Assembly: GCA_051439605.1 (NCBI GenBank)
Contig: JBFRWN010000011.1
Span: forward strand, 1 to 28,775
DNA: 28,775 nucleotides
From: Synechococcus sp.
GTDB taxonomy: Bacteria; Cyanobacteriota; Cyanobacteriia; Thermostichales; PCC-7336
Reading direction: 5' to 3'
Below are positions 1 through 9,441 of this stretch, one piece after another (position 1 is the first letter of the stretch; every line of letters begins with the position of its first letter). Both the position numbers and the translations under genes were made by a program. The notes below the pieces were generated by a model. That model was given only the letters and a program-made list of their open reading frames with translations, was not told the DNA's origin and ran no database searches.

Positions 1-228
1 TGGTCAGATGAGCTTGATGCACCCAAGGGCAGGCTTGCGTCAGCCAACTCTGCAACGCATTGTAGAGGGGGGAGTTTTTTGCAGCATTTTTGGGTCTTGA
101 GTGGTTTCTTGTCTGAGAGTGCTGCCTCCCCTCCTGTTCGTCAATCCCTGGCGTTTCTAAATCGGCTAGAAACTGTCCCCTGTAAAGGCTTCAGCCGAAT
201 TCATCAGATCTTTTGTCAGTCAAACAGG
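1..228 (-). mobile_element. Probable left end of an IS4-like insertion sequence with the transposase N-terminus running off the window start
   Basis: Minus-strand translation of ~2-66 gives LYNALQSWLTQACPWVHQAHLT, which I recall as resembling N-termini of cyanobacterial IS4-type transposases. Candidate terminal repeat CCTGTTTGACTGACAAAAG at 228-210. The ATG at 87 (MLQKTP) is one base out of frame across a G6 run at 67-72. Confidence 0.5.
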
Positions 229-1127
229 TTTGAACCAGGCCCAAATTTCTTGCGGAGGAAATCCACCAGCAGTCGAATTTTGGTGGATAAATGTCGATTG
301 ACGGGATAGAGCACTTCTATCGATAAATGGGAGGGATGGTAGTCGGGCATGACGATCGCCAACGTTCCCGCCTTCAAGCCGTTGGCCACAATAAAGCGGG
401 GTAATAGAGTGATACCGAGCCCTTGGATTGCCGCCTCCCGCAAAACTTCTCCGTTGTTAGAACACATCGCGCCGTCAATCTTCACAGTGTGTTCGGCACC
501 ATCTTTTCCCAGCAGGGTCCAGCGCTTTTCGGCGGCGATATGGCCGTAGTAGTGCAAGCAGGAATGCGATCGCAGTTCTGCGGGGAAGGTGGGGGTGCCG
601 CGCTTGGCCAGATAGTCGGGGGAGGCGCATAACACCCGCTCGGCAGAGACCAGCGGCTGCACGAAAAGGCTAGAAATGGGTTGCGGTTCGGAAATGCGTA
701 CCGTGATATCGAACCCCTCTTCAATAGGATCTACAAAGCGATCGTTGAGGGTGAGCTGAACCTGGAGGTCGGGAAAGTGGGCGGCAAATTCCGCGATCGC
801 TCCGGCCATATACATAGTTCCGAAGGTCATGGGGGCATTCATCCGCAGGCGTCCCTTTGGTTCCGCATGCAATTGCATCACAGAGCGCTGCGCCTCCTCC
901 CATTCCCCCAAAATATCGACGCAGCGGTTGTAAAATGCTAATCCCGTTTCCGTCGGGCTTACCACCCGTGTACTGCGATGGAACAATTGCACACTAAGAT
1001 CCTGCTCTAGCCCACTCACTAACTTGTTCACCGCCGATCTCGATACTCCTATCTGGCGAGCGGCAGCGGCGAATCCTCCCGCCTCCACCACCTGCGCAAA
1101 GGCTCGAATTTGCTCGAATTTATCCAT
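216..1127 (-). CDS. LysR-family transcriptional regulator (CrgA/DmlR-like)
   Basis: N-terminal HTH (GGFAAAARQIGVSRSAVNKLVSGLEQDLSVQLFHRSTRVVSPTETG) and substrate-binding domain motifs (DPIEEGFDITVR, NNGEVLREAAIQGLGI); divergent from pirin. Confidence 0.95.
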   Translation of the reverse strand: MDKFEQIRAFAQVVEAGGFAAAARQIGVSRSAVNKLVSGLEQDLSVQLFHRSTRVVSPTETGLAFYNRCVDILGEWEEAQRSVMQLHAEPKGRLRMNAPMTFGTMYMAGAIAEFAAHFPDLQVQLTLNDRFVDPIEEGFDITVRISEPQPISSLFVQPLVSAERVLCASPDYLAKRGTPTFPAELRSHSCLHYYGHIAAEKRWTLLGKDGAEHTVKIDGAMCSNNGEVLREAAIQGLGITLLPRFIVANGLKAGTLAIVMPDYHPSHLSIEVLYPVNRHLSTKIRLLVDFLRKKFGPGSNLFD

Positions 1128-1142
1128 CGGTTTCGACCTTTA

Positions 1143-1165
1143 ATTGGTTCCATAATGGAAACAAT
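1143..1165. promoter_or_regulatory. Putative LysR binding site (T-N11-A palindrome)
   Basis: ATTGGTTCCATAATGGAAACAAT; core TTCCAT-A-ATGGAA at 1148-1160 is a perfect 13-bp T-N11-A dyad between the divergent LysR and pirin genes. Confidence 0.65.
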
Positions 1166-1257
1166 CTGTTTTCAATAAAGTGTATTGTCTTTTTCTTGCT
1201 TCCCATCCACAATCATAGTGTCCCTCAAGCACGTTGCAAGTGAAGGAAAGGGAACCA

Positions 1258-1965
1258 ATGACCATCACAATTCGCTCCGCTACTGACCGAGGTGCCGCCA
1301 ATTTGGGCTGGCTCGACAGCCGTCACAGTTTTTCGTTCGGCCAATATTACGATCCCGCCCACATGGGGTTTGGCAACCTGCGCGTGATTAATGAAGACAA
1401 AGTGGCACCGGGAGCAGGTTTCGGCACCCACGGTCACCGGGATATGGAAATCATTTCCTACGTCCTGTCTGGCTCCCTCAAACATGAGGACAGCATCGGC
1501 AATGGTTCTGTCATCCGTCCTGGGGATGTCCAGCGGATGACGGCAGGCACTGGCATTCGCCACAGTGAATTCAATGGCTCCGACAGCGACCTGGTGCACT
1601 TCCTGCAAATTTGGGTGTTACCCGAGCAAGAAGGGCTCGATCCCAGCTACGAGCAGAAGCATTTCGACGTTGCTAACAACCCCGGTCAATTGTGGCTGGT
1701 GGGCTCCCGCGACGGACGAGAAGGCTCAATCTCCATTCACCAAGATGTCGATCTCTACGCAGCCACCCTTCGGGAAGGGAACGCCATCCAACACGAGCTG
1801 CAATCCGGTCGGATTGGTTGGATACAGGTGACTCGCGGCATGGTGACCCTCAACAATCGGGAGCTTACGGCAGGCGATGGCGCTGCGCTTGAAGGCGAAG
1901 GGCATCTGAATTTGCAAGGTCTCAGCGACGATGCCGAGGTGTTGCTATTCGATATGGCCAACTAG
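1258..1965 (+). CDS. Pirin-family protein (YhhW-like bicupin)
   Basis: GWLDSRHSFSF, GFGTHGHRDMEIISYV and MTAGTGIRHSEFN motifs; ATG at 1258 preceded by a purine-rich tract. Confidence 0.95.
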   Translation: MTITIRSATDRGAANLGWLDSRHSFSFGQYYDPAHMGFGNLRVINEDKVAPGAGFGTHGHRDMEIISYVLSGSLKHEDSIGNGSVIRPGDVQRMTAGTGIRHSEFNGSDSDLVHFLQIWVLPEQEGLDPSYEQKHFDVANNPGQLWLVGSRDGREGSISIHQDVDLYAATLREGNAIQHELQSGRIGWIQVTRGMVTLNNRELTAGDGAALEGEGHLNLQGLSDDAEVLLFDMAN

Positions 1966-2090
1966 CGATCGCTTGAGTCGTTTCCAGCCAAGCCATTACA
2001 ACCGCAAAACTTTGACTATTGGGTAGCCTCTCGTCAATTAGCGCTGCATTCAAAAAACGCAGTAATTGTCACTAGCTGCCAACACTTTTT

Positions 2091-2127
2091 AGTGATGGAT
2101 ACTCGCGATTGATGAGTATCCATCGCT
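2091..2127. other. Intergenic stem-loop between pirin and the YcaC-like gene
   Basis: AGTGATGGATACTC ... GAGTATCCATCGCT, 14-bp stem with one G-U pair and no clear U tract. Confidence 0.55.
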
Positions 2128-2166
2128 GACTCACATGCAATCGTTTCATTCTTCCAGGAGGTCTCC

Positions 2167-2796
2167 ATGACAAACTCGTTTCAATACCGCCGCTTGAATA
2201 AAGATGATGCCGCTGTGTTGCTGGTGGACCATCAAGCTGGCTTGGTGTCTCTGGTTCAGGACTACTCCCCCAACGACTTTAAGAACAACGTTCTTGCTCT
2301 AGCGGATGTGGCAAGGTTCTTCGAACTGCCCACCATCCTAACGACGAGCTTTGAAAGCGGTCCCAACGGTCCGATCGTCCCAGAACTGAAAGAATTATTT
2401 CCCGACGCCCCTTACATTGCCCGCCCCGGACAAATTAATGCCTGGGATAACGAGGACTTTGTCGAGGCAGTTAAAGCCACCGGTAAATCGCAGCTGATTA
2501 TTGCGGGGGTGGTAACGGATGTGTGTGTGGCTTTCTTAGCGCTTTCTGCACTGGAAGCTGGCTACGAAGTGTTTGTGGTCACCGATGCGTCGGGGACGTT
2601 CGACGAAGCGATTCGTGCTGCAGCTTGGGAACGTATGAGTCAAGCGGGGATACAACTAATGAACTGGTTTGCGGTTGCCTGTGAATTGCACAGAGATTGG
2701 CGCAACGATATCGAAGGGTTGGGCAACCTTCTTTCCAATCACATTCCCCTCTACCGAGGCTTGATGACCAGCTATACAGCTCTCTCTCAGAAATAA
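2167..2796 (+). CDS. ycaC: Isochorismatase-family cysteine hydrolase (YcaC-like)
   Basis: LLVDHQAGL, RPGQINAWDNEDFV and AGVVTDVCV (catalytic Cys); AGGAGG RBS upstream. Confidence 0.9.
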   Translation: MTNSFQYRRLNKDDAAVLLVDHQAGLVSLVQDYSPNDFKNNVLALADVARFFELPTILTTSFESGPNGPIVPELKELFPDAPYIARPGQINAWDNEDFVEAVKATGKSQLIIAGVVTDVCVAFLALSALEAGYEVFVVTDASGTFDEAIRAAAWERMSQAGIQLMNWFAVACELHRDWRNDIEGLGNLLSNHIPLYRGLMTSYTALSQK

Positions 2797-2926
2797 GTTC
2801 GGTTTTACCAAGTGGATTTATCTTGAGTGGCAGTATATCTTTCTGAGATAGGTATACCCCGACAGATTCTTCTGTTGCATTCTGTCAGAACTGACACGGA
2901 TTTATGACCCCCATACACCATCAATC

Positions 2927-3505
2927 ATGGATATTTCATGTGTCGATAGTGACGATCGTCGTCACAGTAGCTATCACGTGACAGCAGTCATTACCCATCG
3001 AGTGAAACCCAATCTCAGATTGAGATATGAAAACTGGATTTCGGGAATTTCTGCTGCCGCTCGTATGTTTGAAGGACATTTGGGGGTCAATATCCTTCGT
3101 CCTCAGCAAAACGCTGTTCCGGACTACGTGATTGTGTTGAGATTTGACACATGCACTCATCTCACAGCGTGGCTGCAGTCGGAGGTCCGCAAATCTTGGC
3201 TGGAAAAGGTCTATCCTCTCATCCAAAAGCAGGAAAACATTCAAGTGCTGACGGGCTTGGAATCTTGGTTCGAACTGCCGGAGCAAAGGACTCCAACAGG
3301 ACCAAAGCGTTACAAACAGGCCATACTCGTATGGTGCGGGGTGATGCTAGTGACACTATGTGTAAACCCGCTAATTACCCCCCTACTAGCCTATCTTCCA
3401 TGGCCGTTGAGCCAGGCGATCGGCGTTGCGATTACTGTTGTCCTGCTGTCCTACGTCATCATGCCTCAGCTAACGCTAAGGCTTAAACATTGGTTGTTTT
3501 CTTAA
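2927..3505 (+). CDS. Antibiotic-biosynthesis-monooxygenase (ABM)-like domain protein with two C-terminal membrane helices
   Basis: VTAVITHRVKP, FEGHLGVNILRP, YVIVLRFD, TGLESWF and PKRYKQA followed by hydrophobic helices and YVIMP. Confidence 0.8.
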   Translation: MDISCVDSDDRRHSSYHVTAVITHRVKPNLRLRYENWISGISAAARMFEGHLGVNILRPQQNAVPDYVIVLRFDTCTHLTAWLQSEVRKSWLEKVYPLIQKQENIQVLTGLESWFELPEQRTPTGPKRYKQAILVWCGVMLVTLCVNPLITPLLAYLPWPLSQAIGVAITVVLLSYVIMPQLTLRLKHWLFS

Positions 3506-3764
3506 GTGGGAAAGGTTTGTACGACGATCGCCATGATGCAGCCCAAACAGCCACAAGATTCTTCCTTACCAGTTTTTTTTGAGACCTGTTTCTTGGCATC
3601 AGGGTTCCTGTAGCAACAGACCTAAATTGTGTAATATTTCTTCCCAAGAAATGCGATCGCACATGCGAGTATTTCGCTAAATTTTTCAACCAAAACTTTT
3701 GCCAAGTAAGAGTTTGCTTGAAGTTTGTCCTAAAGTTTGCATTCTACTGACAAGGAGTTAACCC

Positions 3765-4370
3765 GTGAATGTCATCGAAGCCGCCTACAAGAGACGCTCT
3801 GTAAAGCAGTTCGATCCCAAACACAAGCTCAGTGAAGCGGAGGAGAAGCAACTACTGGAGGCGATGATTCAGTCCCCCACTAGTTTTAACATCCAACATT
3901 GGCGGTTTGTTATTCTTCGCGACCCAGAATTACGTGCCAAAATCCGGAAAGAATTCGGCAACGACCAATCCCAAATGACAGATGCCTCCTTACTCGTGCT
4001 GTTCACTGCAGATGTCAAAGCTTGGCAAAAGAGCCCGGAACGCTATTGGGTTAACGCTCCCCAGGAAGTTTCCGATCTGCTGGTTGGATGGATGGGGCCA
4101 TTTCACGAAGGACGCGAGTGGTTGCAGCGGGATGAAGCGCAACGGTCCATTGGCATGGCAATGCAGACGTTAATGCTGGCGGCGCAGGATTTGGGCTACC
4201 AGTCTTGTCCCATGATTGGCTTTGATATCGATAAGGTGGCTGAATTGATTAATTTGCCAGAAGGTCACGTCATGGGGCCGATGGTGGCGATCGGTAAGGG
4301 CATCAAGGAACCCTGGCCCAAGCCGGGTCAACTGCCCCTCGAAGATCTGGTCTTTGAAAATTCCTTTTAA
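3765..4370 (+). CDS. Nitroreductase family protein (DrgA-like)
   Basis: RRSVKQFD, SPTSFNIQHWRFV and LGYQSCPMIGFD motifs; GTG start with AAGGAG RBS. Confidence 0.92.
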   Translation: MNVIEAAYKRRSVKQFDPKHKLSEAEEKQLLEAMIQSPTSFNIQHWRFVILRDPELRAKIRKEFGNDQSQMTDASLLVLFTADVKAWQKSPERYWVNAPQEVSDLLVGWMGPFHEGREWLQRDEAQRSIGMAMQTLMLAAQDLGYQSCPMIGFDIDKVAELINLPEGHVMGPMVAIGKGIKEPWPKPGQLPLEDLVFENSF

Positions 4371-4688
4371 CGATCGACGGTAAACCCATAGTGAGTTTGC
4401 AGACAGCTCAATGAACTCTCGGGTTCACAAACCGCGAGCATTTCCAAACTCACTGGCCTTAAACCTCAAAGCCTTCCAATTCAACGATTCCTTTCCAGCC
4501 CAGGTCTTACTGGATAAGGGCTTAAAAGCCCTATCTGACAATAGTTTATTTGCTCGCAAATCCTCTCACAACAGCCGCACGGCCAGATAGCTTAACAACC
4601 GATCGCCATTGCACTTATTTCCCCTCCATATATTCCGATGTATCTTCACTCACTGTGGGGAACAGTAATATTGCCCGTAGATTAAGGA

Positions 4689-5387
4689 TTGGCTGTGCAA
4701 ATACGAGGCTCTTTTCAACTCTTAGAAGCGTATCGCAATGGCGATCGCCGATTTCAGGGGGCGCAGTTGAGTGCTGCCAACCTTGAAGGGAGCACCCTGA
4801 AAGGGATCGCCCTCTGCAGTGCAAACATGAAATGCGTTCGCTTGGAACTCTCCGATCTGCGCGAAGCAGACTTAAGCGGAGCAGATTTAGAGGGGGCCAA
4901 CCTCAACGGCATCAACCTGTGCAAAGCCAACTTGAACCGAGCAAGGCTGGAAAAAGCCATGTTTTCCAAAGCAAATTTGGAAAACGCCAACTTCGCTAAT
5001 GCCGACTTATCGAAAACCACGGCGATCGGCAGCAACTTTACCGGTGTGTCCATGTGGGGGGCAACGCTGACCAAAGCAGCAATAGATCGGAGCAACCTAC
5101 AGCGGGCGGACTTTCGGGGCGCCACCTTAGGATTTGCTAACCTCAGCCGATCGAATCTCACTGACGCCAACTTCGAAAGGGCCAACCTCAGAGGGGCTAA
5201 GCTATCCAATGCAATTGTGGAAGGTGCCAGCTTTCGGTATAGCGATCTAAGAGGAGCCAATCTGACCAAAACCAAGCTGCTCCGCGCTGATGTAACGCAG
5301 GCCATGTACGACGCCAATACGCTCTTCCCCGCTGGCTTCGATCCCACCAGCGCCGGCATGCATCAATATGAATACGCCGATTCTTGA
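4689..5387 (+). CDS. Pentapeptide repeat protein
   Basis: LLEAYRNGDRRF cap followed by many A(D/N)LxX pentapeptides and a YDANTLFPAGFDP C-terminal cap; TTG start uncertain. Confidence 0.9.
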   Translation: MAVQIRGSFQLLEAYRNGDRRFQGAQLSAANLEGSTLKGIALCSANMKCVRLELSDLREADLSGADLEGANLNGINLCKANLNRARLEKAMFSKANLENANFANADLSKTTAIGSNFTGVSMWGATLTKAAIDRSNLQRADFRGATLGFANLSRSNLTDANFERANLRGAKLSNAIVEGASFRYSDLRGANLTKTKLLRADVTQAMYDANTLFPAGFDPTSAGMHQYEYADS

Positions 5388-5552
5388 GCCCAGTTGGGTA
5401 ATGCATTTCTGTCGCAGACGTCCGAACCGACCCAAGCAGTTTAGCTTCATGCAAGATTCATGGGACGTCTAGGCTTTATGCGATTTTTAGGTACAATCAA
5501 CTACCCCAAGGGAATAGTAACTGAACACCTCGTGTCGAGTGTTGATGATTCG

Positions 5553-5582
5553 AACCCCCAGTGGATAACTGGGGGTTTGTTG
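5553..5582 (+). terminator. Putative intrinsic terminator
   Basis: AACCCCCAGT-GGATA-ACTGGGGGTT perfect 10-bp stem followed by TGTTG, downstream of the pentapeptide gene. Confidence 0.5.
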
Positions 5583-5878
5583 TCGTAATGACAGCCTGAC
5601 AGCCAAACTTTGATGTGCTTTAGTCGCCGATCGCGTCGTAAGGATCGCCATCAATGTTAGCTTTACCTTAGCTTCATCATTTATTTTATTGATACCCAAG
5701 ATAGAGGACAGTTTGCAGATTATCGCTAGCCTTTCTAGAGGGACGTCGAAATAGAGCGATGGATATCGTATTCTGGTGGTTGACTCAAAATTTGGCTGCC
5801 ACTCAGTTGCAGCTCTCTGGGGTCAGCCAGCGATAAGAGTCTCGCCGACCTTTCGCGATTGTTTGTTCTACCGCTGTT

Positions 5879-6793
5879 ATGCATAATTTTCTGCCGGTTG
5901 CCTACTTCCAAAATAAGTTTGTCCCCTTTGGTGAGGCCAACCTATCCATTGCCACCCACGCCCTGCACTACGGTACCGGGGCCTTTGGCGGAATGCGCGG
6001 TATTCCCGACCCCAACAATCCTCGGCAGATGCTGCTGTTTCGTGTCGATCGCCACTGCCAGCGCTTGAGCAACAGCGCTCGGTTCCTCAACTACGATCTG
6101 CCCGCCGACAAAATTGAGGCGATAATCGTCGATTTCGTTAAGCAGAACCAACCCAGCACCTCCATCTACATCCGCCCTTTCGTCTACACCTCCGACTTGG
6201 GCATTGCCCCCCGCCTGCACAAAATCGAAAAGGACTTTTTTGTCTACGGCATAGAGCTGGGGGATTACTTGTCCCCCGACGGCGTCAGTTGCCGCATCAG
6301 CTCTTGGCACCGACAGGAGGATCGCAGCCTGCCTCTGCGGGGCAAAATCAGCGGTGCATACATCACCTCCTCCCTGGCCAAAACCGAGGCGGTTGAGTCT
6401 GGGTTTGACGAGGCTATCTTGCTAAATTCTCACGGCAAAGTGTGCGAAGCCTCGGGCATGAATATCTTCATCGTGCGGGATGGTACCCTAATTGCCCCCG
6501 GTCTCGAACAAGACATCCTGGAAGGGATTACCCGCAGAAGTATTTTGACCATTGCCCGCGATGCTGGCATTGAATGTATCGAGCGTCCGGTGGATAAGAC
6601 TGAGCTGCTGATTGCTGATGAAGTCTTCCTCAGCGGAACTGCCGCCAAGATTACCCCTGTCAAGCGCATCGAAAACTACACCCTCTCCACAGAACGCCCC
6701 GTCATGGACAAGCTGCGGGCGACACTGACCGCCATCACCGAAAACCGCGAGCCCGCCTACAGCGACTGGGTGAACTGCGTTCCGCTGGACTAG
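5879..6793 (+). CDS. ilvE: Branched-chain amino acid aminotransferase
   Basis: HALHYGTGAFGG, YIRP, KISGAY (PLP lysine), ILEGITRRS and EVFLSGTAAKITPV. Confidence 0.95.
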   Translation: MHNFLPVAYFQNKFVPFGEANLSIATHALHYGTGAFGGMRGIPDPNNPRQMLLFRVDRHCQRLSNSARFLNYDLPADKIEAIIVDFVKQNQPSTSIYIRPFVYTSDLGIAPRLHKIEKDFFVYGIELGDYLSPDGVSCRISSWHRQEDRSLPLRGKISGAYITSSLAKTEAVESGFDEAILLNSHGKVCEASGMNIFIVRDGTLIAPGLEQDILEGITRRSILTIARDAGIECIERPVDKTELLIADEVFLSGTAAKITPVKRIENYTLSTERPVMDKLRATLTAITENREPAYSDWVNCVPLD

Positions 6794-6860
6794 GGCAGGC
6801 AATACCTGTGCAATTGGTGTTAGGACAGAAGAGTCTGTCCCACATCTTGTAGGTCTAGAT

Positions 6861-7901
6861 ATGCCGAAACGTCGCAAGTCTCTTCCCCCCAAGTTCGCGA
6901 TCGCGCTAGGGAAATTTGTCTGGACCACCCTGTGGCGCACTATGATGGCCAACTTGGCTCCTGCCAGCAAGGACGGAGCCTATCAACGCCCAGAAAGCGC
7001 ATTTCGCGACCGCGTTGTCCCTCCAGCAGAACTCACCGATCGAGATGGTCTCTATCCTGCCGAGGCTGGGCGTTACCGACTGTACGTGGGACTGAGCTGT
7101 CCCTGGGCCCATCGCACGCTGGTGGTGCGCACCCTGAAGGGATTGCAAGAGGCCATTCCGGTGACGATCGCATCAGCGGACGCGGAAGAAGGTGGGTGGG
7201 TACTGACCGATGACGTCGAGGGATGCAAAAAGCTGTCTGACCTCTATCAGCTAGCACAGCCGGGGTATGTGGGTCGCTGTACCGTACCCGTGCTTTGGGA
7301 TTCAAAGGCGAAGAGAATTGTCAATAACGAAAGCGCCGAGATTATCGAAATACTCAACAGCGCCTTCAACGAATTTGCCGATCGCCCCAATTTGGATTTG
7401 TATCCGCCAGAGCTGCGGGCAGACTGCGATCGTTGGAATGCCAAAATTTATCCGGCGGTCAATAACGGCGTTTACCGCTGCGGATTTGCCCAAACGCAGC
7501 AGGCATACAACGCTGCCGTCGCGGAACTGTTTGAGACATTAGACGAGATCGAGCACCACTTGGGCACCCAGCGATACTTGTGTGGTGAACGCCTGACGCT
7601 GGCGGACGTGCGCTTGTTCACCACCCTGATTCGGTTTGATGCGGTCTACCACGGTCTATTCAAGTGCAGCCGCAAGCGGGTTCGCGATTACGAGCATCTG
7701 TGGGGTTACCTGCGGGAGATATATCAGATGCCGGGTATTGCCGACACCTGCGATCTAGAGGCTCTGCAGCAGGAGTATTACACCTCGCTATTTCCCCTCA
7801 ATCCTGGGGGGATTGTACCCGTCCCCCCCGATCTCAACTTGCTTCAGATGCCCCACCAGCGAGATTTCATAGCCCAAGCAGTTGAATCGGAGCAGGCCTA
7901 A
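6861..7901 (+). CDS. Glutathionyl-hydroquinone reductase (omega/Xi-class GST, YqjG/ECM4-like)
   Basis: GRYRLYVGLSCPWAHR, TVPVLWD, IVNNESAEII, NNGVYRCGFA, TLIRFDAVY and LNPGGIVP. Confidence 0.95.
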   Translation: MPKRRKSLPPKFAIALGKFVWTTLWRTMMANLAPASKDGAYQRPESAFRDRVVPPAELTDRDGLYPAEAGRYRLYVGLSCPWAHRTLVVRTLKGLQEAIPVTIASADAEEGGWVLTDDVEGCKKLSDLYQLAQPGYVGRCTVPVLWDSKAKRIVNNESAEIIEILNSAFNEFADRPNLDLYPPELRADCDRWNAKIYPAVNNGVYRCGFAQTQQAYNAAVAELFETLDEIEHHLGTQRYLCGERLTLADVRLFTTLIRFDAVYHGLFKCSRKRVRDYEHLWGYLREIYQMPGIADTCDLEALQQEYYTSLFPLNPGGIVPVPPDLNLLQMPHQRDFIAQAVESEQA

Positions 7902-7907
7902 TGAAAG

Positions 7908-7956
7908 AATCAAGGGCTGTTCCAGAATGCGAAAGCAGCAGGAACGACCCTTGATT
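7908..7956. terminator. Inverted repeat between convergent genes, possible terminator
   Basis: AATCAAGGGCTGTTCC ... GGAACGACCCTTGATT (14/16 complementary) starting just after the GST stop. Confidence 0.5.
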
Positions 7957-7984
7957 AATGGACTATGACTTAGGTCTGAAACGA

Positions 7985-8079
7985 TATAGTCTTTGACATT
8001 TTAGTTAGGACGAAAGCCTCTGTGCCCAGACATAGATTGGGATAGCTAAAATGTCCTAAGCAACTTGATGGTCGCTATA
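7985..8079. repeat. ~95-bp dispersed repeat, MITE-like, copy 1
   Basis: TATAG...CTATA ends and internal inverted repeat GACATTTTAG/CTAAAATGTC; about 84% identical by hand alignment to 12338-12433; related to 27685-27783 in reverse orientation. Confidence 0.8.
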
Positions 8080-8099
8080 ACTATCAACTTCCTCTATGG

Positions 8100-8576
8100 T
8101 TAGCGAATCCCTGGCACCGGCTCGATGAATTGCATCTGTCTGTGGCCGGAATTAGCAGGGTGGAGGACTGCGGTCGCTTCATCCTGTGCAGGATTATAAC
8201 GGGAGTAGTCCGGCTGTGAAGGCGCCGCTAGATTGTCGGGCAGACAACCCAACTGAGGGTTGAGGGGGGACACAGCAGGAGAGAAGCCCTCGGGACAGCT
8301 GCCGGGGGGCAGCCCAGTTTCCACCGGACCAACAGGTTGGATGGTGAGAGAGCCGGGCTGACATCCTCCTGGCTGAGAGGACGGTATCCAACCGTCCGGG
8401 CAGCCTTCGGTGGCGCGTTGGAACTGTTGAACCTGCACGTACAAGGGTTGCCTCGGGGAGCGGTCATTGCGGAACATCTGGCTGTCTTGGGCTAGAGCGG
8501 TTCCACCGGCGGTAAATGCGGCTAGGGCGGCAAATCCTACTGCGGGCAATACTAATTGAAGGGATTTCACGGTCAT
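8100..8576 (-). CDS. Secreted Pro/Gln-rich hypothetical protein with two Cys-loop repeats
   Basis: Signal peptide ending TALA; GAGGA RBS; repeats GCPDGWIPSSQPGGCQP and SCPEGFSPAVSPLNPQLGCLP. Confidence 0.75.
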   Translation of the reverse strand: MTVKSLQLVLPAVGFAALAAFTAGGTALAQDSQMFRNDRSPRQPLYVQVQQFQRATEGCPDGWIPSSQPGGCQPGSLTIQPVGPVETGLPPGSCPEGFSPAVSPLNPQLGCLPDNLAAPSQPDYSRYNPAQDEATAVLHPANSGHRQMQFIEPVPGIR

Positions 8577-8757
8577 ATCCTCGTGTTGAGTGATGATGAC
8601 TCAACCGTAGAAATTTCATGGGATTACCACAGCGATCGCTGACATATCCTGGGTGCGATCGTCCGCACACCGTCTAATATTTACGATGTTTCCATCTCAT
8701 TGAGGGCAGAGCTATTTATTCTGGATCGCTGAAATGGCCTCTGCGACTTGGCGATCG

Positions 8758-9306
8758 CTATTGACTTGAGTCGCGATCTTGCTTGCGCGAACTGCGCAGC
8801 CGATCTCTGACATTACCCACCAACCTAAGCGTCACCACGTAGGAGATGGCAGCGCACACTCCACCCACCACCGTGCATCCAACCAGCATCACCAATGCTA
8901 GGTGAGAGCCAGCGGTCAAAATTTCCCCTAAAGATTGACGGGTGATCGCGAAGCTATCTTGAGCCCGTAACAGCCAACTGCCCACTTGAAAATTGAAGGC
9001 GTAGATAGGCACGTAGGTGAACGGATTGCTGACCCAGGTGGCGGCGGCGGCAGCTATCTTATTGCCCCTAAAGATGGCAGCAATACCCACGGACAGGATG
9101 GTTTGAAACCCGAAAAACGGATACATGCCGGAAAACACCCCTACGGCTGTTCCCCGAGCAATTTCTGCAGGGGTGCCACGCATGCGAATAAATCGCAAAT
9201 ACAAATAGCGCAACCGCCTGTGATAACTATTTCGTTGAGGATTAGGAAGACGGCGCAATGGGGTAGGGGAAGGTTTGAGTTTAAGCGATGACTTCACGCG
9301 GGCCAT
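8758..9306 (-). CDS. DUF2062 family membrane protein
   Basis: GTPAEIARGTAVGVFSGMYPFFGFQTI and TWVSNPFTYVPIY motifs; start codon uncertain (ORF open to 9411). Confidence 0.88.
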   Translation of the reverse strand: MARVKSSLKLKPSPTPLRRLPNPQRNSYHRRLRYLYLRFIRMRGTPAEIARGTAVGVFSGMYPFFGFQTILSVGIAAIFRGNKIAAAAATWVSNPFTYVPIYAFNFQVGSWLLRAQDSFAITRQSLGEILTAGSHLALVMLVGCTVVGGVCAAISYVVTLRLVGNVRDRLRSSRKQDRDSSQ

Positions 9307-9441
9307 CCAGATGGGGAGCAAACACCCCCTTACAATAGCAACCGCTGGGATCGTTCCGAGAACTTTCATCAGTAGAGCTACAGTGCCCGCAAAGTGCGAA
9401 GGACATTGCATCGCCCTAGCCGGGATGCAATCCTACGTTCG

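Noticed and set aside
4754..5359. 201-aa antisense ORF
   Set aside because: Shadow of the pentapeptide-repeat gene; the same applies to most short overlapping ORFs in the track.
6803..6845. Partial fourth MITE copy (TTAGGACA plus GGACAGA/TCTGTCC hairpin)
   Set aside because: The match is only about 8 bp, too short to support.
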